A DNA stretch of 60,000 bases from the NCBI RefSeq assembly GCF_963921235.1, contig NC_086097.1:58034001-58094000 (forward strand). Reading direction: 5' to 3'. The position numbers and the translations under genes were made by a program. Of this stretch, positions 26,159-39,810 are shown piece by piece. The DNA is from Mobula hypostoma (lineage: Eukaryota). A model generated the notes under the pieces. That model made no database searches, was not told the DNA's origin, and was given only the letters and a program-made list of their open reading frames with translations. Each line of letters begins with the position of its first letter. The first letter of the stretch is position 1.

Positions 26159-26463
26159 TAGGCATCCATTAGACTCATGAGACCATGGATTTGCGCCTTG
26201 GAAAGTTTCCAGGGCGCAGGCCTGGGCAAGGTTATATGGAAGACCAGCAGTTGCCCATGCTGCAAGTCTCCCCTCTCTACGCCACCGATGTTGTCCAAGG
26301 GAAGGGCATTAGGACCCATACAGCTTGGCACCGGTGTTGTCGCAGAGTAATTTGTGGTTAAGTGCCTTGCTCAAGGAAACAACACGCCGCCTCAGTCAAG
26401 GCTCGAACTAGCGCCCTTCAGATCATTAGACAAATGCCTTAACTACTTGGCCATGCGCCAACA
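26159..26463 (-). mobile_element. tRNA-derived SINE with a CORE-like central domain
   Basis: Minus strand has A box tggccaagtag, B box agttcgagcc and CORE-like ccttgagcaaggcacttaacc. It interrupts the CR1 ORF2. Confidence 0.75.
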
Positions 26464-27744
26464 CTCTTTTACACTTTTACACTTTATATCACATCTTTTT
26501 TACACTTTATATATCTGAATAAACGTTTGGTATCCTCTTTGATATTATTAGTTAGCTTACATTCATATTTCATCTTTTCAGTACTTATGGTTTTTTTAGT
26601 TGCCTTCTGTTGGTTTTTAAAAGCTTCCCAATCCTCTAAATTACCTCTAATTTTTTCTCTATTTCATGCCCTTTCTTTGGCTTTTATGTTGGCTTTGACT
26701 TCTCTTGTCAGCCACTGTTTTGTCATCCTGAATTTAGGATAATTCTTCTTTGGAATGTATTTATCCTGCGCCTTCCAAATTCCTCCCAGAAACTACAGCC
26801 ATTGCTACTCTACTGTTAACTCTGCTAGTGTCACCTTCCAATCAACTTGGCCAGCTCCTCTCTCATGCCCCTGTGATTCCCTTTACTGCACAGTAATACT
26901 GATGAATTTGACTTTAGCTTCTCCTTTTCAAATTGCAGTGTGAATTCTGTCATATTATGATCACTGTCTCCTAAGTGTTCCTTTACCTTAAGCTCCCTAA
27001 TGAAATCTGGTTCATTTCACAACAGCCAATCCATAATAGCTGAGCCCCAATGGGCTTAGCCACAAGCTGCAATAAACAAACTATCTTGTAGGCATTTGAC
27101 AAATTCTCTCTCTTGCGATCCAAAATCATCACCAACCTGATTTGACTAATCTACCCGTATTGAAATCACACATGACTATTGTAACATTGCCCTTCTGACA
27201 TGCGATTTCTACCTCCCATTGTAATTTGTAGCTCATATCCTGGCTACTGTTCAGAGGCCTGTATATAACTCACATCAGGGTCTTCTTACCATTGCAGTTC
27301 CTTAACTCTACCCACAATGATTCTACATCTTCCTATCCTGTATCACCTCTTTCTAAGAATTTGATTTAATTTTTTATTGACAGAGCCACGATACTCACTC
27401 TGCCTACCAGTCTATCCTTTTGATACAATGTGCATTCTTGGATGTTAAGTTCCCAACTATAATCTTCTTTCAGCCATAACTCAGTGATGCCTGCCAATCT
27501 CTAACTGCATTACAAGATCATCTACCCTATTCTGCATAAGACACCTTCAGTCCTGTATTCATCACCCTTTTTGATTTTGTCCCTCTGTTACACTGCAGCT
27601 CATTCCACTGACTGCAATTTTGCCCTGTCATCTACTTGTCCTTCCTGACTGTCGGACTACATACTGTACCTGCTTGTGCACCATCTGTCCCATCTTCAGC
27701 CCTATCACTCAGTTATCCATCCTCCTGCCAAGTTAGTTTAAACC

Positions 27745-30090
27745 TGTGATGAGAGACCCAGGCGTGGATGCTTGGACAGTAAGTGCTGGAGTATCTGAGG
27801 CTGGAATCTGGACATGATGCGAGACTGAAACAAGAACAGAATACTAAACCAGATGCGAGATGACAATCCAAGTGGAGCTGATGATTGAGCACTGCACCTC
27901 TGTTCAGGTGCTCCTTAGATATTGAAATCCTGGCAGCAAAACATGGCTGCCAATTAGTGGGATAGTCCTGAACCCTTAAAGGGGCCGTGCCAGCTGTCCA
28001 TATTCTGGAGAGTTAGAGCGATCAAACCATAGAAGCAGCCGCGGTTGGGGGCGTGTCGTAACTGGACTCCCTCCTCACGGCTGCTCAGAGAGATGGTCAT
28101 GGTAGTTGAGGATGAGAGCCGGATCCAAGATGTCCCTTTCAGGAACACAGCACTGCTCCTTGGGTTCAAACCCTTCCTGGTCCATGAGGAACTGCTGAAC
28201 ACCATGAACAGCATGTGAATCCAAAAATTCTTCTCACGGTGAAGACCTGTTTCCCATCGACAAACCTGGGTGGTGGAAGGATTGATGGAGGTGGGGCTAA
28301 AAGGCTGTTGTTCACAGGTTTTAATTTGGAAATATGGAAAGTGGAATTGATTTTGAGGGTCTTGGGGAGCTGCGAGGTGTAAGCTGCCAGGTTTACTTTC
28401 CTGAGACCCTTGAAGGGTTCAATGAACTTGGGTGCCAACTTCTGAGACTCCACCCGGAGAAGGAAATCCTGAGTAGACAGCCGGATCTATTGCCCAGGCT
28501 GCAAAACTGGTCCCTGCCTTCTCTTGCAGTTAGCCTTTCCTTCAGTCTCCTGGGTAGAAGCCAACAAAATCTCCCTTGCTCTAGTCCATTTCTCCTTGCA
28601 GCATTGGACAAGATCTTCAGCCATAGGAAACCCAACCTTGGCCTCTTGCTCAGGGAGGAGTGGTGTAAAATGCACAAATTGGCATTTGAAATGGGACGTT
28701 CCATGTACCGAATGACATGAAGTGTTGTGGGTGACCTTTGCCCACATCAAATGGTTGCACCACTTGTCAGGTCTTTCTGAGGCCAGGCGTCTTAGGGTTC
28801 GTTCCAAATTTTGGTTCACTCCATCTGGTCATTGGTCTGTGGGTGAAACTCAGAGGAAAGACTCATTGTTGCCTGATCAGCTTACAGAACTCCCTCCAAA
28901 AATGTGACATGAATTGCAGATCGCAATCCAACACAATATCGTACTGGAAAACCATGGATCCTGAAGACCTGGTGCAGAACAATTTTGGCTGTCTCCACCA
29001 CAGATGGTAGTCTGTCCAAGGTGATGAGTCTGCAAGCCTTTGAAAATTGTTCAACAATTACCATGATGATGGTCTTCCCCTTGGAAGGAGGAAGTCCCAT
29101 GACAAAGTCCATGGAGAAGTGCACCCATCGTCTGTCCAGAACAGACAGCTAGTGAAGGAGCCCTTGGGGTTGGGTACGAGGCTGCTTGTTCCAGGCGCAC
29201 ACCTCACATGCCTGCATGTATTGTCGGACCTCTCTTGCCATTCCAGGCCACCAGTATCTTCTCGTAATGAACTCAAGGGTCCTGGTAATCTCTGGGAGTG
29301 TGGTCGTTCTTGATGCACATCACTATTGAAGGATCTGAGACCAGATGGAACTTGGGATGAACAACCAACTGGAGAACCGTTCTTAGGAATCTCCTCTTCC
29401 CTGAGCCTTGCAAACAAGAGCATTGATTTCCCCAACGAATTGGTGCTATCACCTTAGCTTGGGGAAAAATGATGGTATGCTGTACCTCTCATTCAAGTTC
29501 ATTGAAATGACTGGACAAGGCATCTGGCTTCTGATTTTTTGACACTGGTCAATAGGTCAGGATAAAATTAAAGCAGTTAAAGAAAAGAGACCACCTGGCC
29601 TGCCTGGAACTCACTCTCCCGGCCTCCTGAATATAAGCCAGGATTTTGTGGTCCATCCAATTGATAAAAGGGTTCTTGCCCCCTCAAGCCATTCCTCCAA
29701 AGCCAACTTGACTGCGGGCAGCTCTCTATTTCTAATGTCATAGTTCACCTCTGCCGGGGGTAGCCGCCTGGAGAAGAATGCAAATGGGTGCAGTTTACTG
29801 TCCAAAGGTGTCTGTTGAGACAATACTGCACCCACACTGATGTCTGAGGCATCCACCTCCATGAAAACGGGTAAGTCCGGATTAGGTGAAACCAAAATGG
29901 GAGCTGTCATGAACTGCTATTTGAGCTCTGCTAAAGCAGCCTCCACTTCAGTCGTCCAAACAAAAGGGCCCATGGATTTCTTCATTACAGCTTAGTTAAA
30001 GAAGTTCCTGATGAATTTCTAGTAAAAGTTGGCAAATCCCAGGAATCATTGGACTTGTTTCACATTGGATGTTTGTGGACATTAGGAGCA
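27745..30090 (-). mobile_element. Chromoviral Ty3/Gypsy remnant (family B): RT end, RNase H, integrase, chromodomain, PPT and 3' LTR (about 27745-28063)
   Basis: [59 protein letters not shown], and chromodomain VFTVRRI/LDS..QFLMDQEGFEPKE..VPERDILDPALI. PPT gaggagggag at 28067-28076. Confidence 0.9.
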
Positions 30091-31739
30091 CATGTCCTTT
30101 GTTTCACGGAATCCTGATTAACCCCTTCCATATCGGATGCAGCGATTCAGCTCGACGGGTTTACTTCACACTGACAGGATAGATATATAGAGTCTTTCAA
30201 AAGCAAAGGTGGAGGAGTATGTCTCATGATCAACTCCTCTTGGTGCACAAATATATTAGTGCTATCCAATTCTGATCACCAGACCTGGAATATCTCGCAA
30301 TTAAGTGTTTTCCATTTTACCTACCACGAGAGATTTCCATGGTCATTTTGGTAGCGGTATACATTCCAACTCAGGCCAATGTCAATCAGGCTTTAGATGA
30401 TCTGAGCAATGGGATCAACATGCACAAAACAGTGCACCCTAACACCTTCACCATCTTTTTGGGGATTTTAACCAGGCCAGTCTGAAAAAAATCACTAAGC
30501 ATTTACCATCAACAAATCACTTGCAATACCAGAGGAAACAACACACTGGACCATTGTTACACCACCATCAAATATGCCTACCGTGCTATTCCACGCCCTC
30601 ACTTCGGGAAGTTTGATCACCTGGCTGTACTTCTACTCCCTTAGTATAGGCAGAGACTGAAGACTGCAGCATCATTAGTGAGGACCAAGAAGGTGTAGAC
30701 AAGGGAAACACAGGAGCATTTACAGGACTGTTTTGAATCGGTGGTATGGACCATATTCTGGGATTCATCTTCAAATCTGGATGCAGTTATTACTGACTTC
30801 ATTAAAACCTGTGTAAATGAGTGTGTGTGTACAAAGACTTGCTGTACATTCCCAAACCAAAAGCCGTGGATGAACCAGGCGGTACGTCATCTGCTGAAGA
30901 CTAGATCTGAGGCATTCAAGTCTGGTGACCCAGGTCTGTACCAGAAAACCAGGTATGACTTGCGGGGAGCTATTTCAAGGGTAAAGAGACAATTTCAAAT
31001 GAGGTTGGAGGCGATATCCGATGCACAGCAACTCTGGCATGGTTTAGAAAGTGAAATCCAATAGCATGATTGGCAGTGATGCTTCACTATCAGATGAACT
31101 CGATGCCTTCTATGCCCACTTTGAAAGGGAGGATATAACTATAGCTGTGAAGATCCCTGTTGCACCTGATGACCCTGTGATCTCTGTCTTCAAGGCTGAT
31201 GTTAGGCTGTCTTTAAAGAGGGTGAACACTCGCAAGGTGGAAGGTCCCAATGGAGTACCTGGAAAGGCTCTGAACACTTGTGCCAACTAATTCGTGGGCG
31301 TATTCAAGGACATTTTCAGCCTCTCACTGCTATGGGCTGAAGTTCCCACTTACTTCGAAAAGTACCAGTGCCTAAGAGGAATAATGTGAACTGCCTTAGT
31401 GACCCAGTAGCACTCACATCTACAGTGATGAAATGCTTCGAGAGGTTGGTCATGACTAAAATGAACTCTTGCCTCAGCAAGGACCTGGACCCACTGTAAT
31501 TTGCCAATTGCCACAACAGGTCAATGGCAGATGCAATCTTAATTGCTCTTCACACAGCCTTAGACCACCTGGACAATATAAACACCTATGCCAGGATGCT
31601 GTTCCTTGACTGAGTGGATAGAGCAGGAAGGCTTTGCCCCTGAGGCTTCGGCGAGCAGAGGCTGAGGAAGAGCTTCACTCCAAGTGAGGTAAGGCCGGGT
31701 AAGTTCCTGTAATTAATCGAATTACTTTAAGAGTAGGTA

Positions 31740-32681
31740 ATGGAGACAGTAGTTAGGGCAGTTGAATGCTCCATTTTCAGGACGTGGGAAGTCAGGGCGA
31801 GCACAATCGTCCCTGATAGCTACACCCGCAAAAGATGCATCCAGCTGCAGCTCCTGACAAACTGAGTTAGGGAACTGGAGCTGGAGCTGGATGAACTTTG
31901 GATCATTCGGGAGGCAGAGGCAGAAGTAGAGAGGAGATACAGGGAGATAGTCACCCCTAAGGGTCAGGAGACAGGTAGCTGAGTGACTGTCAGGAGAGGG
32001 AAGGGGAATAGACAGAATGAGCAGAGCACCCCTGTGGCCGTTCCCACCAATAATAAGTACATCGTTTTGGATATTGTTGATGGGGACGACCTACCAGGGA
32101 CAAGTTGCAGTGGTTGCATCTCTAGCACCGAGATGGGACACTCAACTCAGAAGGGAAGGAGGGAAAAGAGGAGAGCAGTAGTGATAGGGGATTCGATAGT
32201 TAGGGAGACAGATAAGAGGTTCTGTGGAAGAGATCGAGAATCCCAGATGGTCTGTTACCTCCCTGGTGCCAAGGTCCGCGATATCTCAGATCGAGTTCTC
32301 GGTATTCTCGAGAGGGAGGGTGAGCAGCTGGATGTCGTGGTCCAGGTAGGGACCAATGACATGGGTAGGAAGAGTGCAGAGGTCCTGAAAGGTGAGTTTA
32401 GGGAGTTAGATGCCAAGTTAAAGGGCAGGACCTCCAGGATAGCAATCTCAGGATTTCTACCAGTGCCATGTGCAGGCGGGTTTAAAAATAGTAAGATAGC
32501 GCAGATCAACACGTGGCTGAAGACATGGTGCAGGAGGGAGGGCTTCAGATTTATAGATAATTGGGCAGTTTTCCAGGGAAGGTGGGAACTGTTCCTGCAG
32601 AACAGTTTACATCTTAACAGGAGGGGGACAAATATTCTTGCAGGCAGGTTCGCTAGAAAGGCTCTGGTGGATTTAAACTAG
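31740..32681 (+). pseudogene. CR1 ORF1p: decayed zinc finger, coiled coil and SGNH/GDSL esterase
   Basis: ATG at 31740 is in frame with ORF 31983-32681. Motifs VIGDSIVR, VGTND and SLHLN. In-frame TGA stops at about 31863 and 31980. Confidence 0.88.
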
Positions 32682-32799
32682 ATATGAGCGGGGAGGGGAA
32701 CCAGAGTGTAGGAACAGATGTAGGGAAGAAGGAAGAAAAAGGAAATAGTAAAGTTGTTTGCACCGTTAGTGATAAACAGAGAGTGAAAGGTGGAAAATT

Positions 32800-35596
32800 T
32801 CTTAAATGAATTTATTTTAATGCTAGGAGCATTATAAGAAAGGTGGAGGAGTTTAAAGCATGGATTGATACCTGGAAGTATGATGTGGTAGCTATTAGTG
32901 AAAGATGGTTACAGGCGGGGTGTGATTGGCAACTAAATATTCCTGGATTTAATTGCTTCAGGTGTGATAGAATCAGAGGGACAGAAGGGGGAGGTGTTGC
33001 ATTGCTTGTCAGAGAAAATATTACAGTGGTGCTCTGGCAGGATAGATTAGAGGGCTCGTCTAGGGAGGCTATTTGGGTGGAATTGAGGAATGGGAAAGAT
33101 GTAGTAACTCTTGTGGGGGTGTACTATAGATCACCAAATGGGGAGCGAGAATTGGAGGAGCAAATCTGTAAGGAGATAGCGGATATTTGTAGTAAGCACA
33201 AGGTTGTGATTGTGGGAGATTTTAATTTTCCACACATAGACTGGGAACCCCATACTGTAAAAGGGCTGGATGGTTTGGAGTTTGTAAAATGTGTGCAGGA
33301 TAGCTTTTTGCAGCAATACATAGAGGTACCAACTAGAGAAGGGGCAGTGTTGGATCTCCTGTTAGGGAATGAGATAGGTCAGGTGGTGGAGGTTTGTGTT
33401 GGGGAGCATTCGGGTCCAGTGATCACAATGCTATTAGTTTCAATATAATTATGGAGAAGGATAGGTCTGGACCCAGTGTTCAGATTTTTGATGGAGAAGG
33501 CTAACTTTGAGGAGGTGTGAAAGGATTTAGGAGTGGATTGGGACAATTTGTTTTATGGGAAGAATGTAATAGAGAAATGGAGGTCATTTAAAGGTGAAAT
33601 TTTGAGAGTACAGAATCTTTATGTTCCTGTTAGGTTGAAAGGAAAGGTTAAAAGTTTGAGAGAGCCATGGTTTTCAAGGGATATTGGAAACTTGGTTCAG
33701 AAAAAGAGAGATATCTACAATAAAATATAGGCAGCTTGGAGTATATGAGGTGCTCGAGGAATATAAAGAATGTAAAAAGAATCTTAAGAAAGAAATTAGG
33801 AAAGCTAAAAGAAGATATGAGGTTGCTTTGGCAAGTAAGGTGAAAATAAATCCCAAGGGTTTCTACAGTTATATAAATAGTAAAAGGATAGTGAGGGATA
33901 AAACTGGTCCCTTAGAGAATCAGAGTGGACAGCTATGTGTGGAGCCAAAATAGATGGGGGAGATTCTGAACAATTTCTTTTCTTCGGTATTCACTAAGGA
34001 GAAGGACGTTGAATTGAGTAAGATAAGGGAAACAGGTAGGGAAGCTATGGAAACTATGATGATTAAAGAAGAGGAAGTTCTGGAGCTTTTAAGGAATATA
34101 AAAGTAGATAAGTCTCCGGGCCCTGACAGGATAGTCCCTAGGACCTTGAAGGAAGTTAGTGTGGAAATAGCAGGGGCTCTGACAGAAATATTTCAAATGT
34201 CATTAGAAACGGGGATGGTGCCGGAAGATTGGCATATTGCTCATGTTGTTCCATTGTTTAAAAAGGGTTCTAAGAGTAAACCTAGCAATTATCAGCCTGT
34301 GAGTTTGACGTCAGTGGTGGGTAAATTGATGGAAAGTATTCTTAAGGATGGTATATATAATTATCTGGACATTCAGGGTCTGATTAGGAGCAGTCAACAT
34401 AGATTTGTGCATGGAAGGTCGTGCTTGACAAATCTTATTGAATTTTTTGAAAAGGTTACTAGGAAAGTTGACGAGGGTAAAGCGGTGGATGTTGTTTATA
34501 TGGACTTCAGTAAGGCCTTCGACAAGGTCCCACACGGAAGGTTGGTTAGGAAGGTTCAATCATTAGGTATTAATATTGAAGTAGTAAAATGGATTCAGCA
34601 GTGGTTGGATGGGCGATGCCAGAGAATGGTGGTGGATAACTGTTTGTCAGATTGGAGGCCAGTGACTAGTGATGTGCCTTAGGGATCTGTACTGGGTCCA
34701 ATGTTATTTGTCATATACATTAATGATCTGGATGATGGAGTGGTAAATTGGATGAGTAAGTATGCAGATGATACTAACATAGGTGGAGTTGTGGATAATG
34801 AAGTAGGTTTTCAAAGCTTGCAGAGAGATTTAGGCCAGTTAGTAGAGTGGGCTGAAAGATGGCAGAAGGAGTTTAATGCTGATAAATGTGAGGTGCTACA
34901 TTTTAGTAGGACTAATCAAAATAAGACATACATGGTAAATGGTAGGGCATTGAAGAATGCAGTAGAACAGAGGGATCTAGGAATAATGGTGCACAGTTCC
35001 CTGAAGGTGGAATCTCATGTGGATAGGGTGGTGAAGAAAGCTTTTGGTATTCTGGCCTTTATAAATCAGAGCATTGAGTATAGGAGTTGGGATGTAATGT
35101 TGTAACTGTACAAGGCATTGGTGAGGCCAAACTTGGAGTATTGTGTACAGTTTTGGTCACCAAATTATAGGAAAGATGTCAACAAAATAGAGAGAGTACA
35201 GAGAAGATTTACTAGAATGTTACCTGGGTTTCATCACCTACGTTACAGAGAATGGTTGAACAAGTTGGGTCTTTATTCTTTGGAGTGTAGGAGGTTGAGG
35301 CGGGACTTGATAGAGGTATTTAAAATTATGAAGGGGATAGATAAAGTTGATGTGGATAGGCTTTTTCCATTGAGAGTGGGGAGGTTCAAACAAGAGGACA
35401 TGAGTTGAGAGTTAAAGGGCAAAAGTTTAGGGGTAACATGAGGGGGAACTTCTTTACTCAGAGAGTGGTAGCTGTGTGGAACGAGCTTCCAGCAGAAGTG
35501 GTTGAGGCAGGTTTGATGTTGTCGTTTAAAATTAAACTGGACAGCTATATGGACAGGAAAGGAATGGAGGGTTATGGGCTGAGTGCAGGTCGGTGA
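32800..35596 (+). pseudogene. CR1 ORF2p: APE endonuclease and reverse transcriptase
   Basis: YFNARSI, GDFNFP, MDFSKAFDKVPH and KYADD motifs; several stops and frameshifts. Confidence 0.92.
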
Positions 35597-36989
35597 GACT
35601 AGGTGAGAGTAAGAATTCGGCACAGACTAGAAGGGCCGAGATGGCCTGTTTCCGTGCTGTAATTGTTATATGGTTATATGGTTATATGGTTATATGACTA
35701 TAGCTCAGCATCTAACACCATCATTCCCACAATCCTGATTGATAAGTTACAGATCCTGGGCCTCTGTACCTCCCTCCGCAATTGGATCCTCGACTTCCTA
35801 ACCAGAAGACCACAATCTGCGCAGACTGGTGATAATACTTCCTCCTCGCTGACAGTCAACGCTGGTGCACGTCAGGAGCTTGTGCTTATTTCACTGCTCT
35901 ACTCTCTTTATACCTATGACTGTGTGGCTAGGCACAGCTCAAATACCATCTATAAATTTGCCGATGATACAACCTTTGTTGGTAGAATCTCAGGTGGTGA
36001 TGAGAGGATGTACAGGAGCAATATATGCCAACTAGTGGAGTGGTGTCGCAGCAACAACCTGACACTCAACGTCAGTAACACGAAAGAGCTGATTGTGGAC
36101 TTCAGGAAGGGTAAGACAAAGGAACACATACCAATCCTCATAGAGGGATCAGAAGAACAGTGAGTGAGTAGTTTCAAGTTCCTTGGTGTCAAGATCTCTG
36201 AGGTCCTAACCTAGTCCCAACATATCAATGCAGCTATAAAAAAGTCAAGACAGCGACTGTACTTCTTTAGGAGTTTGAAAGGATTTGGTATGTCAACAAA
36301 TACACTTAAAAACTTCTATAGGTGTACCGTGGAGAGCATTACGACGGGCTACATCACTGTCTGGTATGTGGGGAGGGGGCTACTGCACAGAACTGAAAGA
36401 AGCTGCAGAGGGTCATAAATTTAGTCGGCTCCAACTTGGGTATTAGCCTACAAAGTACCCAGAACATCTTTAAGGAACGGTGTCTCAGAAAGACCCTTTT
36501 CTCATTTTTATCATCAGGGAGGAGGTACAGAAGCCTGAAGGCACACACTCAGTGATTCAGGAACAGCTTCTTCCCCTCTGCCATCCAATTCCTAAATGGA
36601 CATTGAACCCATGAACACTACCTCACTTTTCAATATATATTACTTCTGTTTTTGCATGATTTTAATCTATTCAATATCCATATACTGTAATTGATTTACT
36701 TATTTATTTACATTTATATATTTTTTTCTTCTATATTATGTATTACAATGAACTGCTGCTGCTAAGGTAACAAATTTCACAACACATCCTGGTGATAATA
36801 AACCTGATTCTGATTCTGATTCCTGGACTGCATGTGTCTTTGTAGGGTCCATCTTGAAATTTCCATTAGAGAAGATAAAGCCCAAAAATGAAACGGTGGT
36901 CACATGAAATTTGGACTTCTCAGGCTGACATAAAGTTCATGGTCGAGAAGCCTCTTTAAAATGTCCCTGATGCGTGCACACCACCGGTC

Positions 36990-37901
36990 ACCGGCCTCCA
37001 TGCAGAATATGACCCGTCTACAACCACTCTTTGCCTTCTGTAGGCAAGCCAGTTCTGGATCCAGAAAACAATGTCCCCTTGGATCACATGCCTCCTTACT
37101 TTTTCAACAAGCCTTTTCAAATGCCTTGCTAAAATCCATATACACTACATCTACGGCTCTATCTTCATCAATGTGTTTAGTCACATCCTCAGAAAATTCA
37201 ATCAGGCTCGTAAGGCACGACCTGCCTTTGACAAAGCCATGCTGACTATTCCTAATCATATTATGCCTTTCCAAATGTTCATAAATCCTGCCTCTCAGAA
37301 TTTTCTCCATCAACTTACCAACCATTGAAGTAAGACTCACTGGTCTATAATTTCCTGGGCTATCCCTATTCCCTTTCTTGAATAAGGGAACAACATCCGC
37401 AACCCTCCAATCCTCCGGAACCTCTCCTGTCTTCATTGATGATGCAAAGATCATCACCAGAGGCTCAGCAATCTCCTCCGTTGCTTCCCACAGTAGCCTG
37501 GGGTACATCCCGTCCGGTCCTGGTGTCTTATCCAACTTGATGCTTTCCAAATGCTCCAGCATATCCTCTTCCTTAATAGATACATGCTGAAGCTTTTCAG
37601 CCTGCTGCAAGTCATCCCTACAATCGCCAAGATCGTTTTCCATAGTGAATACTGATGCAAATTATTCATTAAGTACCTCAGCGATCTCCTCTGGTTCCAT
37701 ACACACTTTTCTACTGTCACACTTGATTGGTCCTGTTCTCTCACGCCTTATCCTCTTGCTCTTCACATACTTGTAGAATGCCTTGGAGTTTTCCTTAATC
37801 CTATCCACCAAGGCCTTCTCATGGTCCCTTCTGGCTCTCCTAATTTCATTCTTAAGCTCCTTCTTGCTAGCCGTATAATCTTCTAGATCTCTATCATTAC
37901 C
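36990..37901 (-). mobile_element. CR1 internal fragment (subfamily of 18815-21635)
   Basis: ORF 37104-37643 closely resembles the 19925-20521 peptides. Confidence 0.92.
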
Positions 37902-39726
37902 AAATGAAAGTGAATTAGGAAATGTACTAGATGATGCAACAGCAGTTTTCAAGGATGGCATCGGAAAGCTCAAACGTATCAAGGGTGAAATAGTGTCAAA
38001 TGAAAACGCCGCACCAAAGTTTTACAAAGCCCTTCCAGTTACTTATACCATCCGTGATAAAGTAGCCAGTGAGCTAGATCACATGGAGGCTGAAGGAATT
38101 CTTTCCATGTTTGAATGGAGCAGTAGCCAAGAAGAATAGGTCTGTCAGGACCTAGTACTGAAAGTAGATCAATCCCTCTGCCCAGGATAGAGGATATCTC
38201 TGCAAACCTTTCTGGAGGGAACACTTCAGCAAAGTTGACTTAGCTGAGGCCTTCCTACAGATGGAGATGGAAGATGAGTCCAAATGTCTTCTCATCATAA
38301 ATACTCACAAAGAGCTTTATCGCTATATTAGGCTTATTTTTGGAGTAGCATCTACACTCCGGCAGAAAGTGATGGACGAGGTGCTACAAGGCTGCCCAGG
38401 CACTCAGTGTTATCTGGTTGACATCATTGTTACCAATGAGGATGACAAGGAACATCTCCAAAATCTCATGACATTGTTAAAAAGATTAGAAGGTTATGGA
38501 CTTAAAGCAGAATGCAACTGGTGTGAATTCTTTAAACCAAGCATCACTCACTGTGGTCAAATCATTGACGCACAGGAATTACATAAGTATGCTGAGAAAA
38601 CTCATGCAGAGATGAATGACTCAAGGCCTAAGAATGTGTCATAGTTCAAAGTTCAAAATTCAATGTACTTTTATTATTAAAGTATGTATACATTATATAA
38701 CCTCTCCATCCCTGGGAATGGCCTGCATTGACCTGGTGGAAGTTTCATGCAGATTTTGCCAGACTTTTCATGGGCACAAATTTCTTGTTCTTCGTGGATG
38801 CAGCCGTAAAGAGGCCAGAAGTGTTTTCAATAGTCTCCACTACAGCCTTGCACTCTGTTGATGTGCTGGGGAGCCTCTTCTCAGGGACTGGTGTTCCAGA
38901 ACACTTTGTCACTGACAATGGACCACAGATTATTGCAGAACAGTTTCAGTCATTCCTGAAAATGAATGGAATAAGACATATTTCATCTACACCGTACCAC
39001 CCAGCTACAAATGGCTTGGTGGAAAGGTTTGTCCAGAGTCTAAAGACACACTGCAGGCAATGTCAGCAGAACGTGCTACACTGACACTGTGTCAGAAGCT
39101 CGTCAATTTCCTCCTTGCATATCACATTGTAGCACATTGCACAACTAACAGTTGGTCAGCTATACTGCTCTGGGGTCATCCCTCGCACACACGCGTGGAT
39201 CTCCTCAAATCAAAACTTAGAAGTATGCAGGAGAATCAGCTGAGACAAATTGAGGGCTCTTCAAACAAGGAGGTTTGATGTTTTACTCCTGGACAAGCAG
39301 TCCGAGCAAGAGACTACAGAGGTGATCAAAAGTGGGTACTTGGCAAGATTAAGGACAGAACTAGACCACTCTCCTACACAGTGAAGATTATGTCTGATAT
39401 TATCTGGAGACAACATATAGATCAGTTGAGCAGAGCAGAGTCAGTTATTAGAGAAGAAAGTTGTCCAGAGCTGTCAGAACCACTTCCTGCAGTCCCAGAG
39501 TCAATTCCAACAACCATCATGGAGAAGGAGTCAGAACCTAAGACTGTTTCACAGCCGCAAGTCTCACCTGTCAAACAGAGTGAGCCTCCTTTATCAAGAC
39601 GTTATCTCACAAGAGTAAAAAAATCCTCCACAATGATTAAATATTTAAGCCTCAATGGGACAATTTAACAATTACAATGCTATGGATGTCTATGTAGTAG
39701 TTATATTATATAGTATACTATATGTG

Positions 39727-39729
<3 letters not shown>

Positions 39730-39771
<42 letters not shown>
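39730..39771. repeat. (TA)n(CA)n microsatellite
   Basis: Direct reading of the sequence. Confidence 0.95.
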
Positions 39772-39772
<1 letters not shown>

Positions 39773-39810
39773 TCTGAATTTATGTATATAATTGAAAGGC
39801 TTTCTGTATT

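Larger units (their letters stand above)
24088..27744 (-). mobile_element. CR1 LINE (end of ORF1 through ORF2), interrupted by a CR1 fragment and a SINE
   Basis: Minus-strand KSPGPDELHPRILKE, GKSCLINLLEF, SGVPQG and VDDTK motifs; ORF1-end motif ggtttaaacta at about 27734-27744. Confidence 0.9.
31612..35694 (+). mobile_element. Near full-length CR1 LINE
   Basis: 5' UTR, ORF1, ORF2 and (TTATATGG)n tail; TSD tgact (31607-31611 and 35695-35699). Confidence 0.95.
30090..36822 (+). mobile_element. Rex1/Babar-like LINE split by a CR1
   Basis: KTCCTFPNQKPWM and MKCFERLV motifs; after the CR1 it resumes DYSSASNTII...YKFADD; tail (CTGATT)n at 36805-36822. Confidence 0.9.

Noticed and set aside
25732..26331. 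199-aa ORF with a novel N-terminus
   Set aside because: Chance fusion of SINE sequence to a CR1 ORF2 fragment.
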